Assembly (NCBI GenBank): GCA_051362555.1 | Contig: CM120640.1 | Location: 66,566,788-66,630,787, forward strand | Direction of reading: 5' to 3' | Length of the DNA stretch: 64,000 nucleotides | Source of the DNA: Lingula anatina | Lineage: Eukaryota; Animalia; Brachiopoda | Shown: positions 40,413-50,728 of the stretch, piece by piece | Numbering within the stretch: position 1 is the stretch's first letter | Layout: each line of letters begins with the position of its first letter | Position numbers and translations under genes: made by a program | Notes under the pieces: generated by a model | The model's database searches: none | What the model was told of the DNA's origin: nothing | The model's input: only the letters and a program-made list of their open reading frames with translations

Positions 40413-43400
40413 AATTCTATTTCGTTTCTATAAAAATGAGGTCATACGAGATTCCTGTTTTATGCGAGAGCACATGTGCACTTGCGCATATCTTCACTTC
40501 CGGTTTCTTGTCGAGCGAGCACAGCACGTGAGGCCAGAGAGCGGCACAAAACTCTATGAATACTATGGCTGATAAGGTCGGAAATAGACCAAAAGTTACA
40601 AAATGCCGCAGGGCCACAAAAATCTTCTGACGGGAAGTCAAAAGAAGTGGTGACGCATCACAATTTCTAACACGGAATCAAACATTGACGCAGAATAACG
40701 TTTATGAGAGAAATGAAAATGGCGCGTCAACGAGTACCGATAATGCCACGACTGTGGTGGGAAAATCAGTGCAGCATTAGAATAAATAACTGGCTCACTG
40801 AAGAATATGAAACGTAATATTTAGAAGCAAATGGAGGATTTTAAAAAACAAAATCAGGTATGAATATCCTTCTCATGTTTATTAAGAAGAGTAAATGTCT
40901 GACGACACGTCTGTGTTTACTAGTAGTGAAGAGTAAATCTCTGACGACACGTCTGTGTTTACTAGTAGTGAAGAGTAAATCTCTGACGACACGTCTGTGT
41001 TTACTAGTAGTGAAGAGCAAATCTCTGACGACACGTTAGTGTTTACAAGTAGTAGAAAATATCTGACGACACGTCTGTGTTTACTAGTAGTGAAGAGCAA
41101 ATCTCTGATGACACATCAGTATTTACTAGTAGTGAAGTGCAGAATTCAGGTCATCTGGTTGATATGGCAGACGCTGCCCATGAAGATGATACATGTAAGA
41201 TAAATGATAATAATGAAAATAAATTAGAGGAAGAATTTTACCAGGAAAATGATGAAAAATTGACTCCTTCTAACTGTGAAGGTTTGAAACCAATAATAAT
41301 AAATGGGGGAAAAATGGCCTAGCATCTGTCATGATGCTGAATCATAAGATTGAAGGTTTCACAGAGTGAACATTTATTTAAAAGGGTGATTCCTCCTTGA
41401 CATTTGAAATAAACAAACTCATTAGTAAATGAGATTCATATACTAAAGAATCTGGAAGAAGATTTTGAAGAATTATTTTATGATGCTATGAATGCAATTC
41501 GAGCATTTAGTTGCACAAACTTTAAACTTTGTTCAAGAAGGGAAGAGGTTTTAAGACCTCACATAGATAAACTATACATATTCATTTATGTGAAAATTCC
41601 ATCCCAGGTACCAATAGGTTTGGTGGGGATGAAATAGTAAAAAGAATCAGTTACATGAAAATAGAATGAATTATCAAGTGTCTAAGACACTGGTCCATCA
41701 TATTGTGGGACTCCCAGAGGAAGCAGAGTTATCATGTGAGCTAGGGGAAGATATTTCCTTAGAGCAATGGATGTGCAAAAGAAATGGCACTAATAGAGGT
41801 CATATTAGGACCTTTCACAGGCAATAGGATACAAATAATTCAGCATCATTGGATGTAGAAGTGTTGAAGGGAAATTTAAAGTATGTCTTCAACATAACAT
41901 TGCTAGTAGAATATTCCAGTGGGAATTGTTAACTTCTGATGCTTGGGTGTTACAGACTGTTATAAGTCTAAGATTGACGTTTATGGATGATTACATCCAA
42001 AACAGACAACACCATTGAAAGAAATAAGATTCAAAGAATCTGAAGAAAATTTAATTGATACAGAAGTTTCAACATGTCTACATATGTTGTCATTGTTGAA
42101 ACACATAATGAAGAGGACAAATTTGTCAATACAATATATATTATAGGCCTAAAAGATGGCACAAGACGGATAATATTAATGTTTAACCTTTGAATAGGTT
42201 TATGAAGTAGCATAAGTTTGAAATGGATACTTTGAAGACAGTTTAAATTTATATGTCATAAAGAGTTCATGGCATGCATAGATTCAGAAATGCATATCAT
42301 ATGCTAAGAATTTACAGAGCATCAGAAATTTCTCAGAATTGAGTGGAGAAATAAATCATACATTCTGCCCTTAAATGTGGCTATTCAGATGTTCTGGAGC
42401 ATTTAAAACTTATGAAAGCCATTATGTGCAACATTAAAAAGGAAAGGAATATTATGATATCATACGTAGATGACATTTATATACAAGATAGTTCAGAAAA
42501 TGAATGTCTTTGGGCAGTGAAAGAAACTGTCAAGTTTTTCAAAACTTGTGGGGCTTTGATCTATGAAGAAAAGTCTGTATTATAATTAATCCCAACTCAA
42601 GAAATTGTATTTTGGGATTTGAAAACAAATTCTGAAAACATGACTGTGCAACTTGCCAACAAAAAGAAAGAAGTTCATAAAGAAAAGATTGATGTTTTTA
42701 TAACAAGAGATGACGCATCTATTAGAGACACGGCAAAAATATTAGAAAAATATCGATGTCATGTTTGCATGAGTCTGATATGGACAGTTGCATTATAGGA
42801 ACTAGAGAGAGGAAAAATTAAAGCATTAAAAGAAAATAAAGATGATTATGAAGCTGTAATGGATTTTACAGATAAAGGAAGTAGACCTAGAATGGTGGTC
42901 TAGAAATATTTTTATATGCAACATGTAAAATTAATCATGGCAATGCACAGATTGAAATTCAATCGAATGCTACTCCTTTAGCATGGTTAGATGAATGAAG
43001 AAATATGAGAATTGGTGGATTCTTTACTGAAGAATTTTATTCTGTCATGATAATTTCAATGCATTTGAATTGCTTGTTATAAAATGGCGTTACATGCCTT
43101 AATTCAAAATATCGAAGGAAAGATATGATAATACTACTGCAGTTGCATATATTACACGTGAGGTTTTGAAATCCTCGTGATCAATTTGTGATGAAATAGT
43201 ATCACAAATATAGAAAAAAAACAAACATTACATTGAAAATGACATATGGCTTACTGCTAATTATTTGCCTGGAATGTAAAATGTAAAGGCATATAAGGAA
43301 TCAAGAAATGTGAATATTACAACTGAATGGTCACTAAATATTATGTATTTAAAAAGTGACAGATATATTAGCTATGCCACATATAAATTTTATTAGATCA

Positions 43401-45294
43401 AGATCAATTAGCAAATGAGGAATATTTGCTGCTTGGAAACCAGAACCTGGTACTGAATACAACAATGTTTTTGATATCTTAGGAGAATGTATTCCTCCTT
43501 TTCAGTCTGATGCTCAGGATAATCAAGAAGTTTTGGGAAAGATCAGGCAGATGCTTAAGTTGTGATACCTTTATGGTTGACGCAAGCATGGCTCAATTAA
43601 TTTAAAGGAAATATTCACTAGAAGATATTCCTATTCTTTTACTGCCAGCAACAACAGTATTAACATCTTTTCTCACCAGAAAGGGGTGACACACCCAATA
43701 GGAGACTGTATGAAATTTTTGGCATGCAAAGTATCAGGAAAACTGTTAAGTCAGATAGAATTACAGAGAAAGCTATTGAAATCATATTTAAAGCATGTGC
43801 AAAAAACCACTATTCAGTCTATATTAAAAAGTGGAGAATGTTTTCAAATAAAGTGAAGGTCGTTTTGAATATAGACCAACTACAGCAATGTGCTAGACTT
43901 TTAAGTACATCTCTATGAAGATGGCTCAAATAACAGTGCTATAGACACTGCTAGATATGCATTATCAACAACTATTGGCATTGTTGCTTTGACGGTTGGG
44001 AGACATCCTTAGATTATATGGTTCTTGAAAGGAGTTTTTAACACTGACCCAGTGCACCCAGATATCAGAAAGTTTGACATGTATCAGTTGATTAACATTA
44101 CTTAAGAAAACTGTCACCAGTAAGACAGTTATCATTGAAAGATTTTTTTCAATGAAGTTTATCATCCTCATGTCTCTTACATCTGCACAAAAAGATTTTG
44201 TGCATTTATTGAAGTTCAGAGAGTTAGAACTTCACAAAAACTGTTTTATTTAAAATCAAAGAAACTTTGAAACAGTTCAAGACCAGGTGTTGGTACAACA
44301 TTTACATTTTTATGGTACCCCCTAAATAGGGGATTGCATACATTGATATGTGTTAAAGAATATTTGAAAAGAACAAAACCATTAATAAATGGCAAAGTAG
44401 AAAAAAAAATATTAGTTATTGAAAGCCTTTTTTCATCCATTTCAAGAGATACAATATCAAGATGGATTCGGATGTTGATGCACCAAGCATGTGTATAAGA
44501 ATCATTTAAGGCTCATTCAACCCAAGCTGCAGCAGTGTCAGCAGCATAATTTCCCGTATATGATATTTTTAAAAGCAGCTTGATGATTTTCAAGCAAAGC
44601 TTGCTAAGTACTACAATAAACCTGTTGAAGGGAAAGAATTTTCTAAAGCAGTTTGAATAATTGGAAAAGTTATGTAGTATTATATTTTGAGCTAAACTTG
44701 CTCTTGTGACCAGCAAGCTTCGAACTGTGAAGATATGCGCAAGTGCGCATGTGCTCTCGCATAAAACGGGAATCTCGTATGACCTCATTTGTATAGAAAC
44801 GAAATAGAATTCAAAAATTAAATGAGATTTATTGAAATTTAATTGAAATTCTATGAAGTTTCTAATAAAAATGAGAGGTCATACGCCCACCCACCTCCCC
44901 TATTCCACAGCAAAAAAGGGGGAGGGGGAGGAGTGCCTGGTTTACATAGAAACATGTAAAACCACAATTATGGGTTGATATTTATAATGAACCTAAGATA
45001 ACTTGTGTTATCATGTAAAAAATCATAACCATATTTATGGGTTGATTTTTATAATACACCTTAGATAATTTTTATATTATCTGAGAAACATATAAGGAAT
45101 TTATATTTCTTTTGTTGTATAGTGGTATTATAATTGCAACAAATTTCTGAGTTGCAATGCTGGTCACTCGAGATGGTGACTATCGTGCGCATGTGCTCTC
45201 GCAAAAACGGAAATCTCGTATGACCTCTCATTTGTATTAGAAACTTCATAGAATTTCAATTAAATTTCAATAAATCTCATTTAATTTTTGAATT
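40413..45294 (+). mobile_element. DIRS-type tyrosine-recombinase retrotransposon, full length but decayed
   Basis: RT YVDD at ~42463; YR C-terminus SRDTISRWIR..FKAHSTQAAAVS at ~44442-44540; internal region 44727-44885 complementary to the left end (40413-40500) and right end (~45218-45294); AATT at both ends. Confidence 0.88.
40885..41137 (+). repeat. 42-bp minisatellite, ~6 copies, in the DIRS gag region (14-aa SDDTSVFTSSEEQI unit)
   Basis: ctctgacgacacgtctgtgtttactagtagtgaagagtaaat at 40939, 40981, 41023 etc. Confidence 0.9.
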
Positions 45295-45397
45295 ATTGAA
45301 TCAATATCAAATGGGCATCGTACTAGATGTCCACGAAGGTTCTACATGGCGTCTGGCTCTTTCTTCACAACACTCTCCGCCGACTTATCATCAGTAA

Positions 45398-45942
45398 AGC
45401 CCGCCGCACACAGAACGATTTTTCGTCGACCGACACACTTACGACAAAATATCGGCCTGTCTGCGCTTTTCCACGACAACTTTTCAACTAGTCGGGCGAG
45501 AATCAAACATGTTTGATTTTTAAACGTTGTACCGTAGTGTGTGCGCTTTCCTACGACAATTTGTCACGCTGATCATTATCTTCAGCCAATGGTTGCGCCA
45601 TCTGATATCGCTGAGCTCCTTAACCAGGTTATTATATGACCCCTGTTCAATACCATGACGCAGCCATGTCTTTACCCAACAGGATCTTTGCTTCTTTGCC
45701 TGCCGTTTATAGCAAGTAGGCAATCAATGCTTTCTTAATCATTTTTCTCTTCGAGCGTGAAATTGCAGCCATTTTGAATCAACGCCCCACCTCGCGGACG
45801 AGATAATAACTATGTCACTTTCACCACACCAGTCGGCGCTTTGTTGCGACAGCTTATCGTGTATGTGCGCTGATCTCATCCAGGACGACCGATCGGCCAA
45901 CTTTTGTCGGCCGGCGAAAAATTGTTCTGTGTGCGGCGGGCT
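45398..45942 (-). mobile_element. PIF/Harbinger deletion derivative
   Basis: TIR agcccgccgcacacagaac / gttctgtgtgcggcgggct with TAA TSD; internal RSCWVKTWL...EQGSYNNLVKEL resembles the Harbinger transposase N-terminus. Confidence 0.8.
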
Positions 45943-46659
45943 TAAAATTGTACTGGCAGAAGAGGACGGTGCATTTGTTGATTGTGTTGTACTTGGTAGT
46001 AGTGTACCAAAAATTTAACAGAAAAGTTCACCATCATCATCATCATCATCACCATCATTATCAATACTAGGCAAGTCCGCAAGTAACCTTATGTACACAT
46101 AGCCTGATGGAGCTATATATTTTATCAAGAGCTTTGAGTCAATTTTTCTTGAAACTGGAATATTCGGTTTAACAAGTGTTCCAGAACAGTTTTTTTATAA
46201 TTTCAAATGCAAATCCTTCCATTTCAGCACCTTTAAGAAGAGCAGATAGTTCTTTCTCTAACTGGGTTGATGTCCAATCTCTGTTGATTTCAAAGCCAGA
46301 AATAATTCTTCTGTATTTTTCAAGCTCAACTCTTTCCCTATTGGATGGAACTTTATTGTTACCGTATTCTATAACGACAACATCTTTAGACACAGTAGCC
46401 GACTCATATGGTCGCCCTGCAGTATTGCGTGAGTACAGTGTTGGTCTTACCGGTAAACTATGACTTCCTCGACTCAGCGAAGGGTGAGCATGTGCACTTG
46501 AAAAGTATGAGTTTCTTCCAGTTGATGTCCTTGCTACAGTCGGAAATCGCGCCTGAAGCTCAGAGAGGGAGTTTGAAGAGGTTGTCCTTCGCCTGTTAAC
46601 AATGTTTGACAGTTTCTGCAATTTTTTGAAGTTCATCTCGATCATCATCAGTCCATTGC

Positions 46660-46891
46660 TCCGCCTTTTTGACAGATGATCGCAAGGGTTCATGGGAAAC
46701 TACATGTATAGTGGAGCGCGTGATGTAATATGGGATGCAATAATTAATTCCAGAGAAGGAAAAAATAATTCGTGCTCACGAAAAATTAAATCTTGTTTGA
46801 AATGAGAGGAAAACAACAAAAAAGTTATTGTAAGACTATGTATATTTAAATAAAGTATGTGAATGTAATTCTTAGAGTACAAATAAATAAT
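46660..46891 (-). repeat. ~230-bp direct repeat, copy 2, upstream of the HECT gene
   Basis: Matches 37626-37851. Confidence 0.85.
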
Positions 46892-47294
46892 TAGGACACC
46901 TAGCATAATGAGTTATTCACGTAGTACTTATAATATTTTCCTACTAACAAAAAATTAATTACATGTATTTTGACCTATTTGGGCCCCCATATGTACTTGT
47001 ATCCTATTGGTTAAGTACTATTGTTATATATTTGTTTTGATATTCAAGCATTTTTTCAACAAAGTGAGATATGTTTGTATATACTGTCCATATTCCTATA
47101 ATCAACAATATAAAAGCATCTGTTACTTAAATGTGTAGTGTCAGTACCCTCAAATCAAATCTGAATGGGCATAAAATAATTAATATTGTGTGCTAAAAAT
47201 TTGGGGATTCATAGTTAAGATGTTTATCTACTCATCAGTTACAAAATAAAACTAATGCATCAGAGTTCATTTATTACTCAATATGGCCCCTACT

Positions 47295-47462
47295 CAGCGG
47301 CGGATCCAGACATATTTTCTGACAGGCTTCCAAATTATCTTTATTGATCCATCCTCCATTTTTGACCGTCTTCCGACAGAAAAAATTATGTACCCATCAA
47401 TGTAAACTCGAAAATCTGAGTTTCTTCCGGAAGACCCAGAAGGCGGCCTAAATCCGCCCCTG
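47295..47462. mobile_element. 168-bp MITE with 5-bp TSD (hAT5-like)
   Basis: cagcggcggat...atccgcccctg termini with CTACT on both sides. Confidence 0.8.
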
Positions 47463-47544
47463 CTACTGTACTTTGTACCCCTGATTGTGAAACGGCTGAT
47501 AGTGCAGGCATATAATATAATTGTGTTTTTATTTTCACAGATAC

Positions 47545-47736
47545 ATAGGGGAGAGTCTACGTCCAGATTAGAGATTGATTGCCTAATTGAGATATACTGA
47601 TCGAAAGATTGTAATTTCTCTATAAGCCATCTCGTTTTTTTGGAAATGTCCTTCCTTGCACTTCTACTTGGCTTTGGCTTCTTTGCTTTGGTGTAACTAA
47701 TATGAAGTGACCGTATCTTTGCTTTTACCCAGGAAG
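47545..47736 (-). pseudogene. Isolated exon encoding the C-terminal half of a MADF/Myb-SANT-like domain (Harbinger partner-protein type)
   Basis: Acceptor ctttttacatttttag; SWVKAKIRSLHISYTKAKKPKPSRSARKDISKKTRWLIEKLQSFDQYISIRQSISNLD. Confidence 0.55.
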
Positions 47737-48287
47737 CTAAAAATGTAAAAAGTATAACATTTATTTAAAAAAAGGAGGGAACTGGGTATTTTATATTTTT
47801 AGGGGCAGGTAGGCCTACAAAGGCCTCATTTCGAGAAAATCCTCTTTTTTTAGAATTAATTTATAGGCCTATCTTTTTAAATTTAAACAGTGGCATTGCT
47901 GTTGTCACAATTTAACCAGTTTGACAATATATGCTTGAAAAATTATTCATTGTTTTACATGCACGTTGAAACCGGGGTTGCTTAAGTCAACAATTTCTAA
48001 TCCAATTACATGCAAAACATATTAAACTGCAACGTATTAGTCTGAACAGTGCAACAATGTTAGGCAACATTCAATCAATTTTTTAAAAATAAAAATAACC
48101 ATAATTTAAAAAATATAAAAGTAGGTATAAACTCATTCATGCACTGTCCAATGCATCATGCTCAACAACAAAATTCAAACAAATATTTAGAAAACATATA
48201 CCAACTTGGACTGTTGTTTTGATCAAATCACCTGAAATATAATAGGAAGTACAAACTATAATATACTTTATCAAATATATATCTTTA

Positions 48288-48596
48288 TTATGTATTTTTT
48301 TTTAAATATCCATATATTTTGTCTCTGAGGTAAAGTATGATGTTTAGCATTTCTTCTTTTGATATTTCTTTTCTATAATCATTAATATTGTCAATCATGA
48401 ACTCCATTCCTTTTTCTGTTAGAATGTTCTCCTTCCAGAGAGTGCCTAAGTAGTTTAAAGTTCTCGCTTCATAGAGTGAATTTGGTATCAAACTCTGTAA
48501 GGCAATATTAAATAAAGAGGAAGGATTTTCAGTCCATTCTCTGGTCCATTCAATCTCTAAATCTAATAAAATATTATTAAGATTGGTATCATCCAT
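48288..48596 (-). CDS. Gypsy accessory ORF2, copy B (102 aa, intact, unknown function)
   Basis: Acceptor ttttttttgtgtag|GTGATG about 120 bp after the pol stop; homologues in copies A and C. Confidence 0.7.
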   Translation of the reverse strand: MDDTNLNNILLDLEIEWTREWTENPSSLFNIALQSLIPNSLYEARTLNYLGTLWKENILTEKGMEFMIDNINDYRKEISKEEMLNIILYLRDKIYGYLKKNT

Positions 48597-48715
48597 CACC
48601 TACACAAAAAAAATACAAAAAATTAAATTCCTTTTATTTCAGCACTGCCGAAAACTAAGGAAGTATTTATATACAACTATGCATTAACTAATAAACAAAA
48701 TATATATCGATATAA

Positions 48716-50728
48716 TCATTCTAAAGCAAAATCTCTTAAATGAGATGGCATCTTAATTTGTCTACCAAATCTTGATCTTCTTACAATTGGTTCCACCAAT
48801 TGTGGTTCATTCAACTGAAAATCACTCTCTCTTTCAACAAATTTTCTCAATCTGTCATGATGTACCACCTGGATTTTTCCTTTTTTATCTTTAATTGTAT
48901 AGAGAGGTGGGGATGCTCTAAGAACATTATATGGTCCTTTATATAAGGGTCTAAGTTTCTTACTTTCTCCCTTTTTATGACTTTCATCCCTCAAATATAC
49001 CTTCTGACCACAGGTATATTCACTCTCTCTCAACTTTGCATCGTACAATTGTTTTTGACGTTTTTGAACACATTTCAATTTTCTCTAGCCATTTCATGTG
49101 ACCTATTTAGGCTTTCACTCAAGTTTTTCAACCATTCATGAGTCTCATATGGTATCAAATTTTCATTCACACAACCTGTTAGTAAGTGCAATGGCATAAA
49201 AACTTCTCTCCCTAACATCATCATGTTAGGAGTAAACCCTGTTGATGCATTCACAGTTGAATGTAATGCCATAACTAATTGAGGTAAATCTCTATCCCAA
49301 TATCTCACATTCCCTTCTACATTACATCTAATCATCTGTGTAAAAATACCCATGCATCTTTCAACTTGTCCATTAGCACTTGCTCTAAAACCAGTTGTTC
49401 TAAGTTGTTTGATTTCTAATAATCTACACAAATTTCTAAATAGACTACTTTGAAAATTTGAACCTTGATCTGTATATATCTCTTGTGGACAACCAAAAGT
49501 AACTAAAATGCTTTTGCTACTAATACAGCTATCTGATTTGGCAATGCCACACACTCTATCCACTTAGTAAACTTATCTATCATAACCAAAATATAAGAAT
49601 TCCCAAATTCACTTTGGGTAAACGGTCCATGTATATCTAAATGAACCTTTTCCATAGGAAATCCTGCATGATGTAATTTCATTTTGGCTTTTGGTCGAAC
49701 AGTACTATGCTTGTTTTTATTGCAAAGTTCACATGAACTTACATACAATTTGCAATCTCTATTCATTCCATGCCACTTGAATGATTGTTTGAGTTTTTGC
49801 AAAGTTTTCTCATAAGCAAAATGACCAGCTGTTTTTGAATCATGACAGAAAAATAAAACTTCATTGACCAAATCTTTTCGTACAATTAAACACAAATTTC
49901 TATCCTCTCTCTTTTCCCATTTGTAATATAACACATCATTCAAAAGAATCAATTGTTCTTTGCAATTCACAATTCTTTCACTGCCATACTACACAAATAC
50001 AACTCTGACTCTTTCGGTTCACCATTCTCTAACCAACCTATGATTATTTTCAAATCTGCGTCTTTTCTCTGCAATTTTTTCAAGTCATATCCTTTCAACC
50101 AATTGCATAATTCATCTCTTTCGTTCTTGTCAGTTTTATCATTTGTATCAGCCCTCTGACACATCAAAGCTGAACTGAATTTTACACAATTTGTTTCATT
50201 CTTCATATCACCAACTGCATTCGATTCAACTACATTGTCATCTGATTTATTTCCCAGAGGAATTACATCATTCACATCAGTCTCAAACCTTGACCAATTT
50301 TTATGCACTCTCTGAAAATAATGACATCCTCCACAGGGTAAATCACTCAATTTCACTCCCACCTTATAGCAATCACACTCTTTCATAGCTAAAGGTATTC
50401 TTGATAATGCGTCTGCATTCCCATGCTTCTTTTCTTTCCTGGTCTATGTTCAATGGTAAAATTATACTGAGATAATTCTTCTAACCATCTTGCTAACTGA
50501 CCATCTGGGTTTTTAAATCCCAACAACCATACTAAACTATGATGATCTGTTCGGATTCTGAACTTTCTTCCCAACAAATAATGTCTATATTGTCTACAGA
50601 AGTTTACAACAGCCAAGAGCTCTTTTCTAGTTGTACAATAACGCCGCTGTATAGATGACATAATTTTACTTCCATAAGCAATAACCTTCTCTTCACCATG
50701 TTGTATCTGTGAAAGTTCTGCTCCTATA
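48716..50728 (-). pseudogene. pol: pol 3' part: RNase H, Cys-rich linker, integrase (HHCC, core, GPY/F); frameshifted
   Basis: IGAELSQ..YCTTRKELLAVV..RTDH.SL.WL; CHDSKTAGH..CELC; HLDI.GP..DKFTKW..TDQG.NF..ANGQVER; YKGPY. Confidence 0.92.

Larger units (their letters stand above)
39420..46670 (-). pseudogene. HECT-domain (G2E3-like) ubiquitin ligase gene of the DDE element, split by the DIRS and a Harbinger MITE
   Basis: C-terminal FVTGS.EE..L.F...PSIEF..PTAHI.ANILSIP..LFDIYDLAFSQSHFG; middle LLKPKFSEEGS; N-terminal part in ORF 46169..46693. Confidence 0.7.

Noticed and set aside
40885-41137. 42-bp repeats as a CRISPR array
   Set aside because: Head-to-tail units with no unique spacers, eukaryotic context, no cas genes; it is a minisatellite inside the DIRS.
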